This document shows positions 1-7,136 of a stretch of DNA of 29,077 nucleotides, piece after piece. The stretch comes from Candidatus Woesearchaeota archaeon. GTDB lineage: Archaea; Nanobdellota; Nanobdellia; Pacearchaeales; UBA284. The stretch's first letter is position 1. Each line of letters starts with the position of its first letter. Made by a program: the position numbers and the translations under genes. The notes below the pieces were generated by a model, which saw nothing but the letters and a program-made list of their open reading frames with translations, did no database searches and was not told the DNA's origin. The DNA lies in contig CAZCMN010000013.1 of assembly GCA_964500015.1 (NCBI GenBank), forward strand, positions 1 through 29,077, written 5' to 3'.

Positions 1-84
1 TCAGAAAGAGCATCACTTAGGAAACTCCACACTTTAGTGTGGAGAGGACGTCATCTTCTTTGGGATAAATTAAAAGAGATATAA
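1..84 (+). CDS. 3' end of unidentified CDS (partial, enters from upstream of window)
   Basis: Frame 1 is open from base 1 to TAA at 82-84 (tail SERASLRKLHTLVWRGRHLLWDKLKEI, basic). No family can be recognised from 27 residues. The segment also holds a perfect 8-bp hairpin (25-44), so a structured-RNA origin cannot be excluded. Confidence 0.25.
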   Translation, partial: SERASLRKLHTLVWRGRHLLWDKLKEI

Positions 85-118
85 AAACATTTAAAAACCA
101 ATTCTCTTTGAATAAAAC

Positions 119-256
119 ATGACAGATTACAAGTGCTTTTTTTGTGGAAAAACTGTAAGTGACAGGGCTTTGAAAAGTAGATTTTCCTGTCCTAATTGCG
201 GGGCAAGAGTTTTCTTTAAACCAAGAACAGCAATTAAGAAAATTAAAGCAATCTAA
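119..256 (+). CDS. rpoP: DNA-directed RNA polymerase subunit P (Rpo12)
   Basis: 46-codon ORF below the ORF-track cutoff: MTDYKCFFCGKTVSDRALKSRFSCPNCGARVFFKPRTAIKKIKAI. It has a CxxC-N14-CxxC zinc ribbon followed by R-V-F-F-K-x-R, the pattern of archaeal Rpo12/eukaryotic Rpb12. It lies directly upstream of prefoldin beta, as in the archaeal exosome/translation superoperon. Confidence 0.85.
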   Translation: MTDYKCFFCGKTVSDRALKSRFSCPNCGARVFFKPRTAIKKIKAI

Positions 257-280
257 ATTAAATTTAAGGAAATTTTTAGC

Positions 281-598
281 ATGGAAGAAAAAGAAAAAAA
301 TTTTGAAGAATTACAAATGATTGAGCAAGCAGCCCAGAATTTATTATTGCAAAAGCAACTTTTTCAAGTTGAATTAAACGAAACACATAATGCTCTAGAG
401 AGTTTAAAAGATGTTAAGGGAGATGTTTTCAAGATTGTTGGAAATTTAATGTTTAAGGCAGAAAAAGAAACTCTAAAAAAAGAATTAGAACATAAATCAA
501 AATTACTTGAATTGAGATTACAAGCTATTGAAAAACAAGAAGACGATTTGAATAAAAGAGGTTTAAAAATTAGGGGAGAAATTTTGGCAAAAAAGTAA
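281..598 (+). CDS. pfdB: prefoldin subunit beta
   Basis: 105 aa. N- and C-terminal heptad coiled-coil helices flank a central beta-hairpin segment (DVKGDVFKIVGNLMFK). Size, architecture and position after rpoP fit prefoldin beta. Confidence 0.85.
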   Translation: MEEKEKNFEELQMIEQAAQNLLLQKQLFQVELNETHNALESLKDVKGDVFKIVGNLMFKAEKETLKKELEHKSKLLELRLQAIEKQEDDLNKRGLKIRGEILAKK

Positions 599-670
599 AA
601 AAGTAGCGGATATAACACATATAAAGTAATGACAAAAAGTTTATAAAGAAAACTATTTTCTACAAAGAAT

Positions 671-809
671 ACTAGAAAACAAGAAACCCTGTTTTTTAGC
701 ATGCTAAAACCATCAAAAATTAAAAATTTTTGTGGCGCCAAAAGTAGAGATATTTTTGAGCGAATCAGAAGATTTTTGGCATGCAGAAAAAGTTTTCTTT
801 TTCTAGCAT
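671..809. repeat. cluster of three abutting palindromic repeat units (family described in findings)
   Basis: Unit 1 is 671-701 (reverse orientation, shortened). Unit 2 is 702-762: TGCTAAAACCATCAAAAATTAAAAATTTTTGTGGCGCCAAAAGTAGAGATATTTTTGAGCG. Unit 3 is 763-808: ...GATTTTTGGCATGCAGAAAAAGTTTTCTTTTTCTAGCA. Units 1 and 2 meet head-to-head at the palindrome TTTTAGCATGCTAAAA (694-709). Confidence 0.7.
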
Positions 810-831
810 AATAATAAAAGGAGATAAAAAA

Positions 832-1215
832 ATGGCATCATTTTTTAAAAAATTGTTTGGTGAAAGCGCTGAAGAAACTTCAGATTATATTGAAGTAGAT
901 GTTGGCAGAGATGTTCCTAAGAAAGGAAAGATTCTTTTGAGGCCTTTTGTACTAAGAACTTTTGAAGACACGAATAGGGTTTTAGAAGTTTTGAGAGAAG
1001 GAAGTACAATTGCTTTAATAGATATAAAGCCCCTTAAGAGCAAGGATGTGGTTGAGTTGAAGAGATCAATTTCCAAACTTAAGAAGACTGTCGATGCATT
1101 GGAAGGGAATATTGCGGGATTTGGTGAAAACATAATTCTTGTGACACCACCTTTTGTTGATATTTTCAAGCCAGGCGTTCCAGCTCCAAAAGTTGAACCT
1201 GTATCTGAAATGTAG
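832..1215 (+). CDS. sepF: cell division protein SepF homolog
   Basis: Preferred start is ATG 832, with GGAG at 820-823; the track start at 781 lies inside the repeat cluster. An N-terminal amphipathic MASFFKKLFG resembles a membrane-targeting helix. The SepF/DUF552 core follows (LRPFVLRTFEDTNRVLEVLREGSTIALIDIKPL...GNIAGFGENIILVTPPFVDI). Confidence 0.75.
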   Translation: MASFFKKLFGESAEETSDYIEVDVGRDVPKKGKILLRPFVLRTFEDTNRVLEVLREGSTIALIDIKPLKSKDVVELKRSISKLKKTVDALEGNIAGFGENIILVTPPFVDIFKPGVPAPKVEPVSEM

Positions 1216-1216
1216 G

Positions 1217-1870
1217 ATGGAAAAAGTCTTTGTCAAGGCAGCCTATGATAGACCTTTCACTATTTCTAATAGCCTTAAGGCTCAGTTTGAGAAAATTTCA
1301 GACAAGATTGGATTGATTTCTACTGTTCAGTTTTCTAATCTTTTGCCAATAATTAAAAAACAACTTGAAGGATTAGGAAAACAAGTTTATCTTTCTGGAG
1401 ATGGCACCATTCTAGGATGTAATTCCCTAAACGCTAAAAAAATTTATAATAAAGTAGATGCTTTTCTTTATGTTGGGGACGGAAAATTTCATCCTTTACA
1501 GATCGCTCTGCAGCTTGAGGGAAAGAAGAAGATTTATTTATTAAATCCTAAAGCAGAAAAGATTAATGAATTAGATTGGAAAGAAGTCGAGGCATTTAAA
1601 GTTAGAAAAAAGGTTGCAAAAATTAAGGCATTATCTTCTGAAAAATTAGGATTATTAGTTTCTGTAAAACCTGGACAATGTAATCTTTTAAAAGCCTTGA
1701 AATTTAAAGAAAAGTTTGATAGTCAGAATAAAAAAGTTTACATATTTTTATTTGATAATTTTGATGAAAATCAAACTGAGAATTGGAATAAATTAACTTA
1801 TGTTAATACTGCTTGTCCTGGATTAGCTTTAGATAAAAAGTTTGCTAATTTGAAAGATTTAGAATACTAA
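1217..1870 (+). CDS. dph2: 2-(3-amino-3-carboxypropyl)histidine synthase Dph2, short form lacking the N-terminal domain
   Basis: Start ATG 1217 lies 1 nt after the sepF stop; the track start at 1154 overlaps sepF. Dph2 motifs as I recall them are present: GTILGCN, YVGDGKFHPL, LLVSVKPGQ, NTACPGLALD. Length is only 217 aa versus roughly 330 aa for typical archaeal Dph2. Confidence 0.8.
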   Translation: MEKVFVKAAYDRPFTISNSLKAQFEKISDKIGLISTVQFSNLLPIIKKQLEGLGKQVYLSGDGTILGCNSLNAKKIYNKVDAFLYVGDGKFHPLQIALQLEGKKKIYLLNPKAEKINELDWKEVEAFKVRKKVAKIKALSSEKLGLLVSVKPGQCNLLKALKFKEKFDSQNKKVYIFLFDNFDENQTENWNKLTYVNTACPGLALDKKFANLKDLEY

Positions 1871-2178
1871 TAGGGTAGGTTTAAACCTTCTAGATGATTG
1901 GGGGGCATTAATTTTCTCTTTCTGTCATAATTTGGTCTTGGACCTGGGTTTCCTCGATGACCAAAGTATAGATTTCCGAAGTTATCAACATATGCCTGTT
2001 GCGGTTGCAGCATAGTCTTAATTTCTTCTTCTTTTATTGCAAGTCGATTATATTGGGTTCTAGAAAGAGTTAGAGTATTTTGAGTAAGTTGATCTTTATA
2101 GACTGGTTGGCAAGAATTTGGTTTAATAGCAGGTTGTGTTGTGTTCAATGCAGCAATCAAAAGTAATCCTGAAGTCAT
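1867..2178 (-). CDS. hypothetical small protein with N-terminal hydrophobic (signal-like) segment
   Basis: 103-aa ORF. The N-terminus MTSGLLLIAALNTTQPA is signal-like and the C-terminal half is Pro/Gly/Asn-rich. A TATA-like AAATTTATAAAG lies on the minus strand about 45 nt upstream. No family recognised. Confidence 0.4.
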   Translation of the reverse strand: MTSGLLLIAALNTTQPAIKPNSCQPVYKDQLTQNTLTLSRTQYNRLAIKEEEIKTMLQPQQAYVDNFGNLYFGHRGNPGPRPNYDRKRKLMPPNHLEGLNLPY

Positions 2179-2231
2179 TTTGTTTTCAACTATGCTTTTA
2201 ATCTAATTGGTTGGATTTTTACTTTATAAAT

Positions 2232-2621
2232 TTAACCCCTTAGATCTTCGATTCTTATGATATGCCAGCCAAATTGTGTCTTGCATAAAACAATATCTCC
2301 TTTCTTGTTATCAAAAACAGCTTTTTCAAATTCTTTGACCATTTGTCCTCTTCCAAATTCATCTAGTGAACCTCCGCGTTTTTTTGAAGGACATAAGGAA
2401 AATTGTTCTGCCATTTCGCTAAAAAGTTTATTAGACTTTTGGTGCGCCGAAAATTGTCCATGCTCAAGAATAGGAGTATTCTTGGGCACACCAAAAAGCA
2501 AAGCTTTTTTAGTGTTTTCGTGCGTTGAGAATGATTCTCCATTTTTTATTTTAGCTAAAATCTCTTTTGCTTGTTCTTCTGTTTTCACAAGAATATGACT
2601 TGCACGAGCTTTGTTTGCCAT
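2232..2621 (-). CDS. parvulin-type peptidyl-prolyl cis-trans isomerase (PpiC/Par10-like) with a 36-aa repeat-derived insertion
   Basis: ASHILVK...AKIKNGESF and SLCPSKKRGGSLDEFGRGQMVKEFEKAVF...QFGWHIIRIEDL match the parvulin fold motifs. The protein is 129 aa versus about 93 aa for single-domain parvulins; the excess is residues 32-67. Confidence 0.8.
   Translation of the reverse strand: MANKARASHILVKTEEQAKEILAKIKNGESFSTHENTKKALLFGVPKNTPILEHGQFSAHQKSNKLFSEMAEQFSLCPSKKRGGSLDEFGRGQMVKEFEKAVFDNKKGDIVLCKTQFGWHIIRIEDLRG
2418..2528. repeat. two tandem palindromic repeat units embedded in frame in the parvulin gene
   Basis: Plus strand reads GCTAAAAAGTTTATTAGACTTTTGGTGCGCCGAAAATTGTCCA, then TGCTCAAGAATAGGAGTATTCTTGGGCACACCAAAAAGCAAAGCTTTTTTAGTG. 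Both match the intergenic repeat consensus. The inserted coding block 2421-2528 is 108 nt (36 codons). Confidence 0.7.
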
Positions 2622-2671
2622 ATTTTTTATAAAAACGATAAGGATTTAAATGCTTGTTTTTTATTGAATTG

Positions 2672-3481
2672 ATGTACAAAGAAGAGAAAAAGATAGATAA
2701 TACAATCACTTCAGGAGTCAGAAGATGGTTGCTGAAAAAATATGCTAGGAAGGTTTCTAAATTATTTCATCCTACAACACTGAATGTTATAGGGTTGATA
2801 GGATTTGTTTTTGCAGGAATTTGTTTTGCTCTTTCTAGTTCTAATCGATTTTGGTTAATTGGTGCTGCTTTCGGAGTTTTAGTTCATTTGATTACAGATG
2901 AATTTGATGGAGAAGTAGCAAGAATAAGAAAAGTAACTAGTGAGCATGGATATTATATGGACCATATGCTTGATATGATTGGAATTTTGTTTGTGTTTGT
3001 TGGACTTGGAATTTCTCCTTTAATGCATATTTCTGTAGCATTTGGTATAGTTATCCTGTATTATATAATGTCAATTAGTGTTTTTTTGACAACTTATGTT
3101 GTTGGAAATTTTCAAATTTCTTTTGTTAAGATGGGACCAAGAGAGATAAGACTACTTATCGCCTTATTTGCTCTTCTTTCATTAATAAATTACCCAACAG
3201 TTTTATTTAATTCTGGAATTAGGTGGATTGGGAAAGTTACTTTATATGATTTGGCAGGGTTTGTTTGTTTATTTGTCTTGGTTGTTATTGCAGTACATAC
3301 AATTACTGAAACTATCTTTTATCTAAAGAGATTTGAGAAAACTTATAAGGTTAATTCATTTTTTGAGTATATTCAAAAGACAAATTTTATGAGAAGATTA
3401 GATAAGAAAAGTATTGTATGGAGAGCAAATAGGAGACTAGCGGTTTTAGATAAAAAAATTCGTAATCAAAATTTAAGATGA
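2672..3481 (+). CDS. CDP-alcohol phosphatidyltransferase family protein (archaeal polar-lipid head-group transferase)
   Basis: Signature D-x2-D-G-x2-A-R-x8-G-x3-D-x3-D is present as DEFDGEVARIRKVTSEHGYYMDHMLD. The protein is multi-pass hydrophobic. Start ATG 2672 is preferred over the TTG at 2654. Confidence 0.75.
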   Translation: MYKEEKKIDNTITSGVRRWLLKKYARKVSKLFHPTTLNVIGLIGFVFAGICFALSSSNRFWLIGAAFGVLVHLITDEFDGEVARIRKVTSEHGYYMDHMLDMIGILFVFVGLGISPLMHISVAFGIVILYYIMSISVFLTTYVVGNFQISFVKMGPREIRLLIALFALLSLINYPTVLFNSGIRWIGKVTLYDLAGFVCLFVLVVIAVHTITETIFYLKRFEKTYKVNSFFEYIQKTNFMRRLDKKSIVWRANRRLAVLDKKIRNQNLR

Positions 3482-4029
3482 TATTATTATTTTTAGTTAA
3501 TTGCTTATGGTTATTGCTTCCCGCTTATTTTGCTAATATGTTCGCTTCTTTGTCTAGGAAATTTAAGGGATTTTCTTTTATGGCTTATCCTATAGATTTT
3601 AAAAAAAATCTTGGCAAGAAAAGAATCTTTGGAGATCATAAAACTTTTAGAGGATATTTCTTCGGAGTTTTAGCAGCAATAATTATTTCAATTATACAAT
3701 ATGTTTTATATCAGAATGATTTTTTTATAAAAATCTCTTTTTTTAATTATAATCATTATTCTATTTTGCTTGGATTTTTACTTGGTTTAGGGGCATTATT
3801 AGGAGATTCTATTGGGGCATTTATTAAAAGAAGATTTAATATTGCTCCTGGAAGAAGATTTTTGGTTATAGACCAGATAACTTTTGTAATCGGTGCTTTA
3901 TCTTTATCTTGTTTTATTTTTGTTCCCAATGTTTGGATTTGGTTAGTTTCTATTGTTTTGACTTTCTTTTTGCATATCCTTGTAAATCATATTGCTTTTT
4001 ATTTAAAGATAGACAAAAATAAGTGGTAA
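3478..4029 (+). CDS. carS: CDP-archaeol synthase (CarS, DUF46 family)
   Basis: Polytopic membrane protein with GDHKTFRGYFFG, GDSIGAFIKRR and VIDQ motifs characteristic of CarS. ATGA start/stop overlap with the upstream transferase (3478-3481). Confidence 0.8.
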   Translation: MILLFLVNCLWLLLPAYFANMFASLSRKFKGFSFMAYPIDFKKNLGKKRIFGDHKTFRGYFFGVLAAIIISIIQYVLYQNDFFIKISFFNYNHYSILLGFLLGLGALLGDSIGAFIKRRFNIAPGRRFLVIDQITFVIGALSLSCFIFVPNVWIWLVSIVLTFFLHILVNHIAFYLKIDKNKW

Positions 4030-4031
4030 AA

Positions 4032-4643
4032 ATGGCAAAAAATTTAACTAAAAAAGAAAAATTTAATGATTTTTCACTTAAATTAGGAGATGTTTTGAAA
4101 AAATTAGGAATCTCTCCTAATGGTTGGACTTTTATCTCTTTAATTTTAGCTATTGTTGCTGTAATTTTTATTATTAAAAATAATCTGATTGTTGGAGCAA
4201 TTTTCTTTTTAATCTCAATTATTTTAGATATATTTGACGGAGCTGTTGCTCGAGCAACAAATAAAACAACAAAATTTGGTGGTTTTTTTGATACGGTTGT
4301 AGACAGATATGTAGAATCTTTGATATTCTTTTCATTACTTTTTATTTCTCTGCCAAATTTATTTCTTCCAATTTATGTTTGGCTTTTTATTTTATTATTT
4401 GGATCATTAATGACTACTTATATCAAGGCAGCTGCAAGAGAAAAGGGCTTGGTTAATGAGGATTTAAGAGGAGGATTTTTAGGAAGATCTGAAAGAACTG
4501 TGATTCTTTTTATTGGGTTGGTAATTGGAAATTTCTTTCCAATTGTTTTATCTTGGATAATATTTATCTTAGCAATTTTAGTTAATTTAGCAGCTATCCA
4601 AAGATTTTTTTTAGCACGAAAGCAATCCAGCTTGAGAAAGTAG
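4032..4643 (+). CDS. CDP-alcohol phosphatidyltransferase family protein (second copy)
   Basis: Signature DIFDGAVARATNKTTKFGGFFDTVVDR, about 6 predicted TM helices. ATG 4032 is preferred over the GTG at 4023, which overlaps the carS stop. Confidence 0.75.
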   Translation: MAKNLTKKEKFNDFSLKLGDVLKKLGISPNGWTFISLILAIVAVIFIIKNNLIVGAIFFLISIILDIFDGAVARATNKTTKFGGFFDTVVDRYVESLIFFSLLFISLPNLFLPIYVWLFILLFGSLMTTYIKAAAREKGLVNEDLRGGFLGRSERTVILFIGLVIGNFFPIVLSWIIFILAILVNLAAIQRFFLARKQSSLRK

Positions 4644-5268
4644 AGGTAAGGTGAACTGTTCTAGAACTTAATTTTCCTTTTGCAATTGTTCTCCTTTTTA
4701 ATATTCCTTCTTTGAACTCTTTTAAGTTTTTTGCCTCACATTCAGTATAAGCTTTTCCAACTTCAGATAAAGAATGAGCATCTGATCCTGCACTAGCAGC
4801 TTTGTTTTTTAGTTTTTTATATAGCAAGAATGCTTTTTTGTTCTTATTTCTTGTTCTCCTTGAATTTAAGATTTCTATAGCATCTACCTTTTTTGCATAG
4901 TTTTTGATTTCTTCAAAAGAATGTTTTTTTTCAAATGGATGTGCTAAAATTGCTATTCCATTTTGTTTTTTTATTTCTTTAAGAATATGGGCAAAAGAAT
5001 TTTGATTATAATAATCTGACTTGATTTCTTTTTTTAAAAATAATCCTATAAGTTCAACACCTTCTTTGCATTTAATTTCTTCTCCTAAAATTAATTGCAT
5101 CTTAAGCTTTTTTGCAGCTTGAATTGCATTCTGCCAGCCTTCTGCATTATTATGGTCTGTTATTGCAATTCCATCTAAACCCCGATCTTTGGCTTTTTGG
5201 AGTATTTTAGATGGAGAACAGAGACAGTCAAAAGAATATTTTGTATGGACATGTAAATCGAGTTTCAT
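4594..5268 (-). CDS. PHP-domain metal-dependent phosphoesterase
   Basis: MKLDLHVHTKYS, IAITDHN, ILAHPF and GSDAHSLSEVG are the PHP (polymerase and histidinol phosphatase) His/Asp motifs. Its 3' end overlaps the convergent transferase gene by 50 nt (4594-4643). Confidence 0.75.
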   Translation of the reverse strand: MKLDLHVHTKYSFDCLCSPSKILQKAKDRGLDGIAITDHNNAEGWQNAIQAAKKLKMQLILGEEIKCKEGVELIGLFLKKEIKSDYYNQNSFAHILKEIKKQNGIAILAHPFEKKHSFEEIKNYAKKVDAIEILNSRRTRNKNKKAFLLYKKLKNKAASAGSDAHSLSEVGKAYTECEAKNLKEFKEGILKRRTIAKGKLSSRTVHLTSTFSSWIAFVLKKIFG

Positions 5269-5270
5269 TT

Positions 5271-5322
5271 CAGCAAAAACTCCTTTTTTTGGTGTGCCAA
5301 AGATATTGTTGATTTTTGAGCA
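5271..5322. repeat. palindromic repeat unit
   Basis: CAGCAAAAACTCCTTTTTTTGGTGTGCCAAAGATATTGTTGATTTTTGAGCA, starting 3 nt upstream of the PHP start codon. Confidence 0.65.
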
Positions 5323-5349
5323 TTTTAGTTTTCATTTTTTAATTAGAGA

Positions 5350-5444
5350 CGCCCGGACCAAGAATTGAACTTGGATATCCTTGCGGAAACAACCTTTTTG
5401 ACTTTCGGTTCCAGGGTTGCGCCTTACCATTGGGCCATCCGGGC
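5350..5444 (-). tRNA. tRNA-Ser(GGA) with a 13-nt intron 3' of the anticodon
   Basis: Minus-strand read: GCCCGGA TG GCCC AATGGTA AGGC G CAACC CTGGAA[CCGAAAGTCAAAA]A GGTTG TTTCCGCAAGGATAT CCAAG TTCAATT CTTGG TCCGGGC G. The acceptor is a perfect 7 bp. The 15-nt variable arm and G73 fit Ser. Anticodon-stem closure requires removing about 13 nt at the canonical 37/38 position. I could not draw a strict bulge-helix-bulge. Confidence 0.8.
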
Positions 5445-5445
5445 A

Positions 5446-5499
5446 TGCTCAAAAAACAGGGTTTTTTGGCATACAGAAAACGTTTAGCGTTTTCTAGTA
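5446..5499. repeat. palindromic repeat unit
   Basis: TGCTCAAAAAACAGGGTTTTTTGGCATACAGAAAACGTTTAGCGTTTTCTAGTA, abutting the 5' end of tRNA-Ser. Confidence 0.7.
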
Positions 5500-5666
5500 T
5501 AATTATTTTAATTAAATTCTAGTTAAAAAGCTTGTGATATTTTTTATCTTAAATTTCTTCTGGGCTTTTATTATCTTATTATATATCCTGTTTCATCTAA
5601 AAGTTTAAAAACTTAAACTTCGAGGGATTAAATAAACTTAAATTTAAATTTTAAAAAAGAGATAAA

Positions 5667-6083
5667 ATGAATGTAATGACAATTCCCCCTCTTGATGAAG
5701 AATCTTTGAAAAGCTTTTTTTCAGGGTTTTTAGCAGCATATCAAAGAATGGTTTCAGAAAATTTTTCTAGTGATGCAAAGAAATTGAGATTATTTAGTTC
5801 AATGCCTGCTAAAATCGAGCTTTTTATAGATAAAGACCATAGTTATGCTACTGCAGTTTTATCCAGCAATTCACCATCCGGGATTTCTTGTGAAAAATTC
5901 CAAGATGAGTTAATGTGCATTGCTACTGCAAACTCTAAAAAGCATGTCTATGGAAATATGGGTAAATTTTTGTATTTGTTTCAGATAAAAGCAAAAACCT
6001 TTTTAGATTGGAATCCAGAAGCTTTTGCAAAAGATTTAATCCATTATGAGCTGTTGCAATTTGAGAAATCTAGACTTAACTAA
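5667..6083 (+). CDS. hypothetical protein
   Basis: 138-aa ORF with no competing frame and AT-rich upstream DNA. No motif recognised. Confidence 0.5.
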   Translation: MNVMTIPPLDEESLKSFFSGFLAAYQRMVSENFSSDAKKLRLFSSMPAKIELFIDKDHSYATAVLSSNSPSGISCEKFQDELMCIATANSKKHVYGNMGKFLYLFQIKAKTFLDWNPEAFAKDLIHYELLQFEKSRLN

Positions 6084-6177
6084 CTTTATATATAAGTTTA
6101 GAAGATTATTGTAAAAATTTTGTGAGCTTTTGGTTATCCCATGCTTTGTTTTTTAATTTATAGCTTAAAATAAGTTT

Positions 6178-6882
6178 TTAGCTTATTAATTTGGCTTGTT
6201 TATTAACTATGCCTAAAACATGCTCCCAGATTTTATCATGAATCTTTTCTATAGATAATAACTCTTCATTTTCAGAACATTCTATAATTTTCCAATTAAA
6301 TAATCTTGAAGCGTGAAGATAAGATTTTTCAGCTGCTTTCAGATGATTAATATCTTTTTCGTGTCCGTCTTTATTTTCTCCAGTAATATAATCTCTTTGT
6401 GCTTTTTTCTCAATTAACTTGAAAGCTACTTCTGAAGGAACATGTAGGAAAATATGCGCCTCTGGCTTTGGGATTTTCATTTCTTCAAATTCCATTTTAT
6501 GGAGCCAGTGAAATAATTCTTCTCTTTCTGCATCATCTGGAATTTTTGCCCCTTGATGACCTATATTTGATGAAGCGTATCTGTCTGCAATTACAATTTT
6601 TCCTTCGTCAAGCCAAGCATTTATCTTTGTTTTGTTCATCAATCTGTCTATAGCATAAAATCCAGAGATCAATCTTGGACTTAATTTTGTTGTTTCACCA
6701 AAAAATCCGGTTAAATATAAATCTACTAATTTACCAGAATCTTCTCCATGCCTTGGAAAGTCAATTGTTTCTACTGCAAAACCAGATTCTCTTAATTTTT
6801 GTAGTAATAGGGCTGTTTGAGTTGCTTTTCCAGATCCATCTGTTCCTTCTATTACAATAAATTTTCCTCTTTTTTCAGGCAT
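6178..6882 (-). CDS. tmk: thymidylate (dTMP) kinase
   Basis: P-loop FIVIEGTDGSGKATQ, the DRY motif (IADRYASSN) and a lid region fit the Tmk family. Confidence 0.9.
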   Translation of the reverse strand: MPEKRGKFIVIEGTDGSGKATQTALLLQKLRESGFAVETIDFPRHGEDSGKLVDLYLTGFFGETTKLSPRLISGFYAIDRLMNKTKINAWLDEGKIVIADRYASSNIGHQGAKIPDDAEREELFHWLHKMEFEEMKIPKPEAHIFLHVPSEVAFKLIEKKAQRDYITGENKDGHEKDINHLKAAEKSYLHASRLFNWKIIECSENEELLSIEKIHDKIWEHVLGIVNKQAKLIS

Positions 6883-6958
6883 TTTGATGTATTTTTAATT
6901 TGTAAATTTATAGTATGATTCTATTTAGTGGTTCTGGTGCTTCAAATCTCAAGTACAA

Positions 6959-7013
6959 CGCTAAAAAAGCATGGCTTTTTGGCGTGCCGAAAAACTTCTG
7001 TTTTTCCAGCACG
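6959..7013. repeat. palindromic repeat unit
   Basis: CGCTAAAAAAGCATGGCTTTTTGGCGTGCCGAAAAACTTCTGTTTTTCCAGCACG, about 77 nt upstream of the tmk start. Confidence 0.7.
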
Positions 7014-7082
7014 TTGCAGAACCAAAATTTGGTTTTGTATTTATTTATATGCTATTACTTTTTATTTATTTAGTTCAAGATA

Positions 7083-7136
7083 TGCTAAAAAAATTTAATT
7101 TTTTGGCATACCGGAAATGTCATTCATTTCCGAGTA
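7083..7136. repeat. palindromic repeat unit overlapping the 3' end of glyA
   Basis: TGCTAAAAAAATTTAATTTTTTGGCATACCGGAAATGTCATTCATTTCCGAGTA. The reverse strand encodes the last GlyA residues [13 protein letters not shown] and the stop codon. Confidence 0.7.

Noticed and set aside
364-741. Antisense or shadow ORFs in the supplied track: 364-741, 885-1169, 2257-2598, 6468-6653, 6675-6860, 7117-7524, 9379-9639, 16913-17116, 17743-17949, 18035-18331, 21235-21441, 21392-21709, 23531-23911, 24203-24442, 26151-26360, 26451-26645, 27116-27319, 28024-28500, 28529-28750.
   Set aside because: Each lies opposite or overlapping a motif-supported gene and has low-complexity Phe/Leu/Ser/Ile-rich translations typical of AT-rich antisense frames. 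None has a recognisable motif.
781-831. Longer upstream starts given by the ORF track: 781 for sepF, 1154 for dph2, 2654, 4023, 15329, 27263, 28031 and 28599.
   Set aside because: These extensions overlap upstream genes or repeat units, or use TTG/GTG. Downstream ATGs give N-termini matching the family patterns, often with GGAG spacing or ATGA coupling.
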